Source: a virus
IMG/VR virus record: IMGVR_UViG_3300038318_000230
Span: 1 to 14,043 of that record
Length of the DNA stretch: 14,043 bases
Strand: one strand, 5' to 3'
Positions 6,068 through 13,790 of this stretch are shown in pieces. The first letter of the stretch is position 1. Each line of letters begins with the position of its first letter. The notes under the pieces were generated by a model. The model made no database searches. It was not told the origin of the DNA and saw nothing but the letters and a program-made list of their open reading frames with translations. The position numbers were made by a program, and so were the translations under genes.

Positions 6068-7249
6068 ATGGCAGGGCTATTTGATAAATTATTCAAGCGA
6101 ACCAAGGAGCCAGTAAAAACAGAGAGAGCGGAATTTTTAAGTAATTCAACGTCAGTATTTACACCCTGGAGCGGCGACGCATACAGCAACGATATTTACC
6201 GGGCGGCAGTTGACGCAATAGCCAGGAACGCGGCCAAGCTTAAAGGATCCCATGTAATTACTTATGCAGACCATAAAGAGCAACCGAAAAACAGCAAGAT
6301 AAACCGGCTTTTACAAGTGCAGCCAAACCCTTATATGAGTGCCTTTGATATGCTCTATAAGATGGTTACGCATTACTTTTTATATAACAATGCCTTTGCT
6401 TACCTCCAAAAAGACGAAAGGGGGCAGCTTGAAGGTATTTACCCATTAAGAGCTTTACACGTTGATTTTTTAGCGGATCCAAATAACGAGCTATATTGTA
6501 AGTTTTTATTCGCAAATAGCCGGGAGGTTATTTTACCCTATGTGGACATAATCCATTTACGCCGTAACTTCAATAACAATGACCTATTGGGCGACCCTAA
6601 CACAGCCTTAAGCCCGGCGTTAGAGTTGGCGCATACTCAAAACGAAGGGTACATGAACGGAATTAAGAGCAGCGCAAATATACGCGGCATATTGAAGTTT
6701 ACGCAGATTATGGCACCGGAGAAACTCAAAGAGGAAAAGGAAAGGTTTATTAACGACTATTTGAGTATTGCCAATGATGGCGGCATTGTTGCCACAGACC
6801 AGAAGATGGAATATGTGCCAATAGACATTACACCGGTCATAATCGACGAGAAGCAAATACAGGCTATTAAAACCAAGATATATGACTATTTAGGCGTATC
6901 AGAAGCCATTGTAAACAGCAGTTATACAGAAGATGAATGGGCGGCGTTTTATGAAAGCACCCTGGAGCCTATAGCAGTGCAAATGAGCCTTGAATTTACA
7001 AGAAAGCTCTTTAACGAGAGAGAGCAGGCCTTTGGTAATACGATAATCTTTGAAAGTGGCCGTCTACAATTCAGCAGCAACAGCACCAAAGTAAACTTAA
7101 TTAAGGAGCTTGTACCTTATGGTCTTCTAACCGTTAACCAGGCCTTAGAAATATTAAACCTTCCAGGCGTTGAAGATGGCGACAAGAGATTACAGACTTT
7201 GAACGTTGTGGACGCAAACAAGGCTAACGAATACCAGTTAAAGGAGTAA
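6068..7249 (+). CDS. Phage portal protein, HK97 family-like
   Basis: 393 aa. The size, its position upstream of the prohead protease and HK97-type capsid gene, and its general sequence character are consistent with HK97-family portals. Ribosome-binding site GGTGGTGA. Confidence 0.8.
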   Translation: MAGLFDKLFKRTKEPVKTERAEFLSNSTSVFTPWSGDAYSNDIYRAAVDAIARNAAKLKGSHVITYADHKEQPKNSKINRLLQVQPNPYMSAFDMLYKMVTHYFLYNNAFAYLQKDERGQLEGIYPLRALHVDFLADPNNELYCKFLFANSREVILPYVDIIHLRRNFNNNDLLGDPNTALSPALELAHTQNEGYMNGIKSSANIRGILKFTQIMAPEKLKEEKERFINDYLSIANDGGIVATDQKMEYVPIDITPVIIDEKQIQAIKTKIYDYLGVSEAIVNSSYTEDEWAAFYESTLEPIAVQMSLEFTRKLFNEREQAFGNTIIFESGRLQFSSNSTKVNLIKELVPYGLLTVNQALEILNLPGVEDGDKRLQTLNVVDANKANEYQLKE

Positions 7250-7255
7250 AAGCCT

Positions 7256-7642
7256 ATGGATATTAAAGCAGAGGTATACAGGTATATAAAAGAAAATGAG
7301 GGTACCAGTTACGCGGAGCTTGAATATTTGTTTGACCGGTTGGGCTTTGACTGGAAAGGCGAATTAGAAATATATAGCGACGTATGCGACAACGTTATAT
7401 TTTGGACAGGTTGGAGCAAGGAAGCCATAGAGTTAATAAACGACTTGCAGAGGGACGAGCTTATAAGCAAGGTACCAGGGCAGCCGTTTATATACTTCAT
7501 AGATGGAAAGGCCTTAAATTTACCGATAGTAAAGACCAACAGGCAATATAAAACCCCGCATTGGCTACCAGTGTTATTTACAGCCAGGCGCAAGAGCCTT
7601 AAGCAGATTATAAAAGAGGTTGAACAGGAGGTAGGAATATGA
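7256..7642 (+). CDS. Hypothetical protein inserted between portal and prohead protease
   Basis: 128-aa ORF, tightly packed; its stop overlaps the protease start (ATGA at 7639-7642). The N-terminus (VYRYIKENEGTSYAELEYLFDRLG) looks like a possible winged helix. No confident family assignment. Confidence 0.6.
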   Translation: MDIKAEVYRYIKENEGTSYAELEYLFDRLGFDWKGELEIYSDVCDNVIFWTGWSKEAIELINDLQRDELISKVPGQPFIYFIDGKALNLPIVKTNRQYKTPHWLPVLFTARRKSLKQIIKEVEQEVGI

Positions 7643-8208
7643 AAGAGCTTAGAATATGCGAAATAAGAGCCAACGACCCGGCAGGATCCGACGGCCTTAT
7701 ATTAGAGGGTATGCCGATTGTTTACGATCAGCCTACCACGATAAACGACCCGGCAGGGAAGTATATCGAAATTATAAGGAGTGGAGCATTAGACCAGGCA
7801 GACCTAAGCGACGCCAGGCTATTGTATAACCACGACTTAAACAAAGTACCGTTAGCAAGGACACCTAAAACAATGCAATTTGTTAAGGATCCGGCAGGCC
7901 TTAAGATGATTGCAAACTTACCGGACACAACAGAAGCCAAAAGCGTACATACGGCAGTAATGCGCGGGGATCTATCCGGTATGAGCTTTGCTTTTAAGGT
8001 ACCAGTTGGCGGCGACAGTTACGACGCAGCGACGAACACCAGGACAATAACAAAAATTGAAAAGGTATACGAAATATCAGTTGTACCATTCCCGGCGTAC
8101 CCGCAAACAAGCGTTGAAGCAAGAGCAGCCATACAAGCGGTGAAAGATGATCCATTGAGAGCAGCCGCAAAAATACGTATAAACCAAATTTTAATGAAAG
8201 AGGTATGA
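7639..8208 (+). CDS. HK97-family prohead (capsid maturation) protease
   Basis: 189 aa. The N-terminal pattern ICEIRAND...LILEGMPIVYDQPT and LLYNHDLNKVPLART resemble HK97 gp4-type proteases. It lies between the portal and the major capsid protein genes. Confidence 0.8.
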   Translation: MKELRICEIRANDPAGSDGLILEGMPIVYDQPTTINDPAGKYIEIIRSGALDQADLSDARLLYNHDLNKVPLARTPKTMQFVKDPAGLKMIANLPDTTEAKSVHTAVMRGDLSGMSFAFKVPVGGDSYDAATNTRTITKIEKVYEISVVPFPAYPQTSVEARAAIQAVKDDPLRAAAKIRINQILMKEV

Positions 8209-8212
8209 TGAT

Positions 8213-9448
8213 ATGAAATTTAAGACTATTGCAGAAGCATTTAACCATTATATGAACAGTTCTATTGCAGACATTGAGAAAAGAGCAGCAGAGATTAAAA
8301 CCCTTGTTGATACCGACGCCAACGCCGACATTGCAAGCCTTAATATTGAGCTTGAAGGGTTGAAGCAGGCAAAGGCCAACGTTGAACAGAGAAGCCAAAA
8401 GCAGCAACAGCAATTTAACCCTATTACCGGCGCAAGCTTTGAAACAAGAGCAAGCCAGGAAGCCACAGAAGGGGACGTATTCGCAAGCGCAGAGTACCGC
8501 AGCGCGTTTTATAAGAACCTTTTAGGGCATAAGCTTACAGAACATGAGGACGCAGCTTATAAGCGCGCTATGGGCGTTGTGGAAGCAGAAAAGAGAGCAG
8601 ACGCATTTAACACCGTAACAAGCGCAGCCGCAGTATTGCCAACAGCTACCTTAAACGAGGTAATTAAAAAGGCACGTACTATGGGCGGTTTATTGCCAGT
8701 ATGTAGAGGGTTTAACCTTCCTACTAAGTTAAGCGTACCAGTTGGAACACCGGCGACTAAAGCAGCATGGCACACAGAGGGCGCAGCCGTTGAAACTGAA
8801 AAGAATACAACCGTCGCCGTTTCCTTTGGCGGTTATGAAATCCTTAAAGTATTCTCCATCAGCGCAGCAGCTAAGAAAATGAGTATTTCAGCCTTTGAAA
8901 ACTACATCATTGACGAGCTTAACGCTTGCGTAATGGAATGTATTGCCGATAGCCTTGTAAACGGTACAGGGGAAGCACAGGGAACAGGTTTAGAAACTAT
9001 TACCTGGACAGCAGGAACAAACGCCGTTGAATACACCAACGGAGCTATTCCTACCTATGCAAACTTTGTTAGTACAATGGCATTGCTTAAGAGAGGTTAC
9101 AACGCCGGGGCTAAGTGGGCTATGAATAACGCAACACTTTATACCCATGTATACGGCATTGTAGACCAAAATAAGCGACCTATCTTTATAGCGGATCCAA
9201 AGAATGAAAGTATTGGTTATATCTTAGGCCGAGAGGTTGTTATTGATGATAACATTGCCGACGGTGACATTTACTTAGGTAACTTTAACTATATGGGCTA
9301 TAACATTCCAGAAGGCATTGTAATTGAAGTATCAAGAGAAAGCAGCTTTAAGAGCGGCCTAATTGATTACAGAGCAATGGCAATAGCGGATTGTAAGCCA
9401 ATCGTTGCAGAAGCCTTTGTTAAGTTGTCAGAAGCGGCCATAGGCTAA
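8213..9448 (+). CDS. HK97-fold major capsid protein with N-terminal delta (scaffolding) domain
   Basis: 411 aa. The first ~100 aa are coiled-coil (IADIEKRAAEIKTL...LEGLKQAKANVEQ), followed by the capsid body. It sits directly downstream of the protease, which is the classical HK97 arrangement. Confidence 0.85.
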   Translation: MKFKTIAEAFNHYMNSSIADIEKRAAEIKTLVDTDANADIASLNIELEGLKQAKANVEQRSQKQQQQFNPITGASFETRASQEATEGDVFASAEYRSAFYKNLLGHKLTEHEDAAYKRAMGVVEAEKRADAFNTVTSAAAVLPTATLNEVIKKARTMGGLLPVCRGFNLPTKLSVPVGTPATKAAWHTEGAAVETEKNTTVAVSFGGYEILKVFSISAAAKKMSISAFENYIIDELNACVMECIADSLVNGTGEAQGTGLETITWTAGTNAVEYTNGAIPTYANFVSTMALLKRGYNAGAKWAMNNATLYTHVYGIVDQNKRPIFIADPKNESIGYILGREVVIDDNIADGDIYLGNFNYMGYNIPEGIVIEVSRESSFKSGLIDYRAMAIADCKPIVAEAFVKLSEAAIG

Positions 9449-9464
9449 GGCCTAACTATATTGT

Positions 9465-9494
9465 AAGGGGTATTGGTAATAGGCCAGTACCCTT
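9465..9494 (+). terminator. Possible attenuating hairpin downstream of the capsid gene
   Basis: AAGGGGTATTGG (9465-9476) pairs with CCAGTACCCTT (9484-9494), with one bulge and one wobble pair. It is followed by the moderately T-rich TTACTTT. Confidence 0.35.
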
Positions 9495-9519
9495 TACTTT
9501 AATAAGGAGTTGATTGTAT

Positions 9520-9792
9520 ATGACATTAGACCAGGCAAGAGAATTTTTAAGAGTAGACGGCACAGACAACGACATAATCATATTATCCTTACTGGACGCA
9601 ATACCGGGCTATATAGAAGTTACTACAGGCATGACAGCAGCACAGCAGGAAGCGGAGCCGTTAGCAACAACAGCCGGTAAGTTTATATTAAAGCTATGGT
9701 ATAACGCAGAGCAGACAGACAGCGAGAAGTTGCAAAGGACTATTGACGGATTGCTTAAAGCTCTTACAGTAATGGCAAGGCCAACAGCATGA
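9520..9792 (+). CDS. gp6-like head-tail connector (head completion) protein
   Basis: MTLDQAREFLRVDGTDNDIIILSLLDAIPGYIEVTTG is the typical N-terminus of the phage gp6-like head-tail connector family. ATG 9520 lies 10 nt after AAGGAG (9504-9509); the ORF-track start of 9514 is a TTG only 4 nt from the ribosome-binding site. Confidence 0.75.
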   Translation: MTLDQAREFLRVDGTDNDIIILSLLDAIPGYIEVTTGMTAAQQEAEPLATTAGKFILKLWYNAEQTDSEKLQRTIDGLLKALTVMARPTA

Positions 9793-10127
9793 AGGACTAT
9801 GCAAGAAGCTTTTATAAGGGTAAGGCATGGAAAGATACACAGGCGGCTTACATGAGCAGCCAACATTATATATGTGAACGTTGTGGGGACATAGCAAAGA
9901 TAGTACACCATAAGAAGTATATAACACCGGAGAATATAACGGATCCTTATATAACTTTACATTGGGATAACTTAGAAGCACTATGCCAGGATTGCCATAA
10001 TAAGGAACACAGCAGCGCGGATATATGCGCAGATGGATTGAGCTTTAACAGTAAGGGCGAATTAGTTTATACCCCCGCCAAGTTAAAAGACAACGACAGC
10101 CCAGGGACCGGAGGGGGAAGTTCTTAA
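9789..10127 (+). CDS. HNH endonuclease (packaging-associated)
   Basis: CERCG...IVHHKKYITPENITDP...WDNLEALCQDCHNKEH shows the Cys pairs and the H-N-H core. Its ATG overlaps the connector stop (ATGA). It lies immediately upstream of the terminase genes, as in HK97-like cos phages. Confidence 0.85.
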   Translation: MKDYARSFYKGKAWKDTQAAYMSSQHYICERCGDIAKIVHHKKYITPENITDPYITLHWDNLEALCQDCHNKEHSSADICADGLSFNSKGELVYTPAKLKDNDSPGTGGGSS

Positions 10128-10193
10128 AACCCCTCTTTGGTTTTTTATATTAGGGGTGGGGTAAACATTAAATAAACGTCCAGTAATAAGGCG
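10126..10193 (+). promoter_or_regulatory. HNH-terS intergenic region: weak hairpin, inverted repeat, candidate promoter and candidate cos region, carrying the motif GTAAACATTAAAT (10161-10173)
   Basis: AAAACC (10126-10131) pairs with GGTTTT (10139-10144) and is followed by a T-run. ACCCCT (10129-10134) and AGGGGT (10152-10157) form an inverted repeat. TATATT at 10146-10151 lies 9 nt upstream of the motif, the same spacing as at the 13526 promoter. The only -35 candidate is weak (TTCTTA 10121-10126, N19). Confidence 0.4.
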
Positions 10194-10202
10194 GTGAAAT
10201 AT

Positions 10203-10550
10203 ATGGAGATAGACAGAGATAAGGAATTATTAAGACTTAAAAGACAATTTAACAAGATATTGAAACAGGTGCCGGAAGATAAGAAGCCGATAGCGCAGAG
10301 CCTTATAAAAGAGCTTACCTTCATGGCCTTAACCCTGGACGATCTTAAGCTACAGGTACAAGAAGGCGGCACCGTTGAATTATTCAAACAAGGCAAGCAG
10401 GAATTTTTAAGGGAAAGCCCGGCACTAAAAGCCTATAACACCACAGTCCAACGTTACAGCTTGCTTTATAAGCAATTAACCGACCTATTACCCAAGGCAG
10501 CCCAGGACGCACAGGAAAACGCCTTATACGAGTTTATAAAGGCTAACTAA
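10203..10550 (+). CDS. terS: Putative terminase small subunit (P27-like by size and position)
   Basis: About 115 aa, helical, directly upstream of the large terminase and downstream of HNH. ATG 10203 is preferred (AAGGCGG 10186-10192 lies 10 nt upstream); the ORF-track start of 10194 is a GTG abutting the ribosome-binding site. Confidence 0.6.
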   Translation: MEIDRDKELLRLKRQFNKILKQVPEDKKPIAQSLIKELTFMALTLDDLKLQVQEGGTVELFKQGKQEFLRESPALKAYNTTVQRYSLLYKQLTDLLPKAAQDAQENALYEFIKAN

Positions 10551-10554
10551 GGCG

Positions 10555-12207
10555 GTGGAGATAGTGAACTATATAGAACAATATTACAACGAAATCAACA
10601 ACGGCCAATGTATTGTTTCTGCAAGGGTACGGAAGCAGTACGAAAAGCTTGTTGATGATATAAAGAACCCTAAAGGCGATTATAAGTTTGACGAGGGTAA
10701 GGCGACCAGGCCTATAAGGTTTATAGAGCAATTTTGTAAGCACTCTAAAGGGGAATGGGCGGGAAAGCCGGTTATATTGGAACTATTTCAAAAGGCTTAT
10801 ATATCCGCCTTATTTGGTTTTATTCATGTGGAAACAGGGTTAAGGAAATACCGGGAAACTATGTTTATGGTAGGCCGCAAGAATGGCAAGTCAACCATGC
10901 TTGCCGGTATTGCTCTTTATATGATGGTTGCAGATAACGAGCCAGGCAGTGAGGTTTACAGTACAGCAACCAAGAAGGACCAGGCGCGTATTATCTTTGA
11001 TGAAACCCATAACATGGTTAAGCAAAGCCCGGACATTACCAAGTTTATAAAGAAGCGCAAGAGCGATTTATATTTTCCTTTGACAATGAGCAAATTTCAA
11101 CCGTTGGGGAAGAATAGCGACACCCTGGACGGCCTTAATGCTCATTGTGTCATTATGGACGAGCTGCACAGCGTAAAAGACAGGAACCTTTACGAAGTTA
11201 TGAAGCAGAGCCAGAGCGCAAGACGGCAGCCATTACTTGTAATGATTACGACGGCCGGGACGGTCAGAGAATGTATATTTGATGATATGTACGCCTATGC
11301 TTGTAGCGTCGTTGATGAAACCTTTAAGGACGATACATTTTTACCTATGATCTATGAATTGGACAACCGGGAGGAATGGAAGGATCCTAAAGCATGGGAG
11401 AAGGCAAACCCAGGCTTAGGCACTATCAAGAAGCTTGACGACCTCATAAACAAGGTTGAGAGAGCCAAGAACAGCCCCAAAGACCTAACCGGTATATTGG
11501 TAAAGGACTTTAATATAAGAGATACCATTAGTACAGCCTGGTTAAGCTTTGATGATATTAACAATGAGAAAACCTTTAATATAGCACGATTTAGGAATTG
11601 TTACGCCATTGGCGGCGCGGACCTTAGTATTACCACAGACTTAACGGCGGCCACGCTCTTAATGATGGATAAGGACACCGAGGAACGCTTTGTAACTCAA
11701 ATGTATTGGCTACCTAAAGATAGCTTTGAACAGCGCGTACAGATTGAAAAAATACCTTATGATAAATGGTATGAGCAGGGCTTAATAAGGCTTTGTAATG
11801 GCAATTCAATCAATTACGGCGATGTTACAGCCTGGTTTTTAGAGATGGTAAACGAGAAGGGTATAACGCCGGCCTGGATCTATTACGATAGCTACAGCGC
11901 AAAGTATTGGGTTGAGGAAATGGAGAATTACGGCTTTAACATGGTACGCTGCATACAGGGAGCCAAGACCTTAAGCTTACCTATGCAGAAGATGGGCGCG
12001 GATCTTCAAGCCAAGAAGATAAATTATAACAATAACCCTATTCTTAAATGGTGCCTTACCAATACCGGCATACAGACCGACAGGAACGGCAATATAGTGC
12101 CTATAAAGGCGCAGAGTGCCAAACAGCGTATAGATGGTACTTCAAGCCTATTAAACGCCTATGTGGGCTTATATGAGCATTATAACGAGTTTATAAACGC
12201 CTTGTAA
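10555..12207 (+). CDS. terL: Terminase large subunit (ATPase plus RNaseH-like nuclease)
   Basis: Walker A VGRKNGKST, Walker B CVIMDELH, nuclease-domain acidic motifs (IGGADLSITTDLTA, YYDSYSA). About 550 aa. The start is ambiguous between GTG 10555 and GTG 10564. Confidence 0.9.
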   Translation: MEIVNYIEQYYNEINNGQCIVSARVRKQYEKLVDDIKNPKGDYKFDEGKATRPIRFIEQFCKHSKGEWAGKPVILELFQKAYISALFGFIHVETGLRKYRETMFMVGRKNGKSTMLAGIALYMMVADNEPGSEVYSTATKKDQARIIFDETHNMVKQSPDITKFIKKRKSDLYFPLTMSKFQPLGKNSDTLDGLNAHCVIMDELHSVKDRNLYEVMKQSQSARRQPLLVMITTAGTVRECIFDDMYAYACSVVDETFKDDTFLPMIYELDNREEWKDPKAWEKANPGLGTIKKLDDLINKVERAKNSPKDLTGILVKDFNIRDTISTAWLSFDDINNEKTFNIARFRNCYAIGGADLSITTDLTAATLLMMDKDTEERFVTQMYWLPKDSFEQRVQIEKIPYDKWYEQGLIRLCNGNSINYGDVTAWFLEMVNEKGITPAWIYYDSYSAKYWVEEMENYGFNMVRCIQGAKTLSLPMQKMGADLQAKKINYNNNPILKWCLTNTGIQTDRNGNIVPIKAQSAKQRIDGTSSLLNAYVGLYEHYNEFINAL

Positions 12208-12220
12208 GGGAGTGAAAAAG

Positions 12221-12589
12221 ATGGCAAGTGGAAACGTGCTTAAGGACAAGAAAATAACAATTTACAAAACTATGGGGAGCCAAAACGAAGTAGGGGACTG
12301 GATAGCAAACTACCAACCTATACACCCCGGCAAATTGTGGGCTTATGTAAGGCAGTTATCAGCTAAAGAATACTTTGCAGCCGCGCAAGTGCAGAACAAG
12401 GAAGAAATGCTCTTTACCGTTAATTGGCGGCCAGATATAACCCCGCAAATGTACATTGAGTATAAAGGCGTTTGGTATGATATACAGCGCGTTGATACCT
12501 TCGAGGGCTACAAGGAGAATTTACACCTTTACGCAAGTCAAACAGTAAGGCCGCCGGATCCAAGCGACATTATACCGTATGGATCCTAA
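12221..12589 (+). CDS. Head-tail adaptor / head closure protein (SPP1 gp16-like, Phage_H_T_join type)
   Basis: KKITIYK......NEVGDW.....PIHPGKLWAYVRQLSAKEYFAAAQVQNKEEMLFTVNWRPDITPQMYIEYKGVWYDIQRVD matches the family pattern (itI......de.G......vwA.v.plsg.E...a.q......f.ir.r.dit...ri.y.g..y.I..v). ATG 12221 lies 8 nt after AAGGGAG; the ORF-track start of 12212 is a GTG. Confidence 0.75.
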   Translation: MASGNVLKDKKITIYKTMGSQNEVGDWIANYQPIHPGKLWAYVRQLSAKEYFAAAQVQNKEEMLFTVNWRPDITPQMYIEYKGVWYDIQRVDTFEGYKENLHLYASQTVRPPDPSDIIPYGS

Positions 12590-12611
12590 GAGAATAAGCC
12601 CACAGTCATAT

Positions 12612-12650
12612 AACCCTATGCCGTCATGGTATGGGGTTTTTCTCTTTTAT
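12612..12650 (+). terminator. Rho-independent terminator
   Basis: AACCCTATGCC (12612-12622) pairs with GGTATGGGGTT (12628-12638), giving 11 bp including two G-U pairs and a 5-nt loop. It is followed by TTTTTCTCTTTTATTTT. Confidence 0.7.
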
Positions 12651-12659
12651 TTTACTTTT

Positions 12660-12686
12660 ATGTTTACTATGTTTATTTATTTTACA
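12660..12686 (+). repeat. Three 9-bp-phased ATGTTTAC-type repeats just upstream of a promoter
   Basis: Units are 12660 atgtttact, 12669 atgtttatt and 12678 tattttaca. This is the same unit and period as the array at 1133-1195. Confidence 0.65.
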
Positions 12687-12694
12687 AATAACGC

Positions 12695-12750
12695 TTGACT
12701 TTGAAATAACCATGTAGTAATATGTCATTAAAGATAGGTAAACATTAAAG
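12695..12750 (+). promoter_or_regulatory. Putative promoter of the two-gene accessory cassette, followed by the 13-mer GTAAACATTAAAG (12738-12750)
   Basis: TTGACT at 12695-12700, a 17-nt spacer, then TAATAT at 12718-12723. The motif begins 14 nt after the -10 box. Confidence 0.6.
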
Positions 12751-12785
12751 TACCCTATCAAATTAAGAATAAAGGAGAATGAACC

Positions 12786-13139
12786 ATGAACAAGACAGTA
12801 AACGAAGTAACGGCAGCAAACGTTACTGAAAGAAACTTAGGGCATGGATTGTTTGAAACACGCACAGCCATTAAGAACGCACTTGTAAAGCTTGATAAGG
12901 CCGATACTATATTAAGCCATTGGGTACAGGAATACGGCTTTTCAGAAAAACCAGATCCAAGAGCAGCGACAACATGGAGCGCGAAAGTACCGGACAGGAA
13001 CAACCCGGACAGAGCCGGAGAGCAGGCCTTTAAATGGTATTGGGAGTACAACACTATTTTTAACTTTGTAGATATGGCCTTTGATTACATAATGGAAACC
13101 CAAAAAATATTAAATGAAGCTATGGAAAGTGAGGTATAG
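12786..13139 (+). CDS. Hypothetical protein (accessory cassette gene 1)
   Basis: 117-aa ORF with AAGGAG (12771-12776) 9 nt upstream of the ATG. No recognisable motif. Confidence 0.6.
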   Translation: MNKTVNEVTAANVTERNLGHGLFETRTAIKNALVKLDKADTILSHWVQEYGFSEKPDPRAATTWSAKVPDRNNPDRAGEQAFKWYWEYNTIFNFVDMAFDYIMETQKILNEAMESEV

Positions 13140-13455
13140 AGCATTGAAGAAACAAGTCATAGAAACCGCCAAAAGCTTAAGGGAACAGTTAGGCGGTACA
13201 ATATTTTCATTCCCAATAGAAGCAGATAACCCCTTTTCACCTTATGCCGTTGTTGTGTATGCAGAGGGTAAATACTTTGTCTATCCGGAAGCAACGGACA
13301 TATCAGAAGCAGCAACCGGAGTGCTTACGATCCTTGAAGAATTTAAGAAGATAGGCATGGCAAAGGACTATAACAAAGATGTACGCATGATAACATATCA
13401 GCCCCAAATGGACGCACCAAGCGTTACAATGCGCCGCTTAAAACGAGGATATTAA
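13114..13455 (+). CDS. Hypothetical protein (accessory cassette gene 2); start uncertain
   Basis: The ORF is open from 13114, but that ATG lacks a ribosome-binding site and overlaps the upstream gene by 26 nt. TTG 13144, preceded by GTGAGG (13129-13134), is an alternative start. A terminator follows. Confidence 0.55.
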   Translation: MKLWKVRYRALKKQVIETAKSLREQLGGTIFSFPIEADNPFSPYAVVVYAEGKYFVYPEATDISEAATGVLTILEEFKKIGMAKDYNKDVRMITYQPQMDAPSVTMRRLKRGY

Positions 13456-13459
13456 GCCA

Positions 13460-13500
13460 AAAGGCGGCCAGGGTTAAAACCTTAGTCGCCTTTATTTGTT
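13460..13500 (+). terminator. Rho-independent terminator
   Basis: AAAGGCG (13460-13466) pairs with CGCCTTT (13487-13493). Inner pairing (AGGGTT/AACCTT) extends the stem. It is followed by ATTTGTT. Confidence 0.55.
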
Positions 13501-13501
13501 C

Positions 13502-13553
13502 TTGACAACCAATAACCCATAATAGTATAATGTTACCCAAGTAAACATTAAAT
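13502..13553 (+). promoter_or_regulatory. Putative promoter of the orf72-parA-RHH-HTH operon, followed by the 13-mer GTAAACATTAAAT (13541-13553)
   Basis: TTGACA at 13502-13507, an 18-nt spacer, then TATAAT at 13526-13531. The motif begins 9 nt after the -10 box. Confidence 0.65.
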
Positions 13554-13569
13554 AAAAGGAGGGTAAAAC

Positions 13570-13788
13570 ATGGATCATGTGATTGAAGCTATGCAGCCGC
13601 ATTACGAGGTTTTATTAGATTGGTTTATCGAGGAACACAAAAGAGAGAAGCATAAAAAGCTATCTGATAATGTTTACTATGAAGAAATTAAGGCCTTAAT
13701 TGACGCTATGAACATTTTAAGAAAATACTTAGGTTGGGATAGTATCAAGTTATCAGACGAGGTTAAATTCAGATTGGAGGGATATTGA
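13570..13788 (+). CDS. Hypothetical small protein, first gene of the partition operon
   Basis: 72-aa ORF with AAGGAGGG (13556-13563) upstream. It ends 2 nt before the parA ATG. Confidence 0.6.
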   Translation: MDHVIEAMQPHYEVLLDWFIEEHKREKHKKLSDNVYYEEIKALIDAMNILRKYLGWDSIKLSDEVKFRLEGY

Positions 13789-13790
13789 GC

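Noticed and set aside
10755-10937. A plus-strand 60-aa ORF in an alternative frame inside terL
   Set aside because: It is fully embedded in the terminase ATPase domain, has no ribosome-binding site, and its translation is Cys/Tyr/Gly-rich and atypical.
221-13180. An apparent excess of AAGCTT (about 15 sites) and CTTAAG (about 15 sites)
   Set aside because: The enrichment is only about 3-fold over a crude expectation. It is plausibly driven by the heavy use of TTA (Leu), AAG (Lys), AGC (Ser) and CTT codons. It is much weaker than the GGATCC signal and needs a codon-aware null model before it can be claimed.
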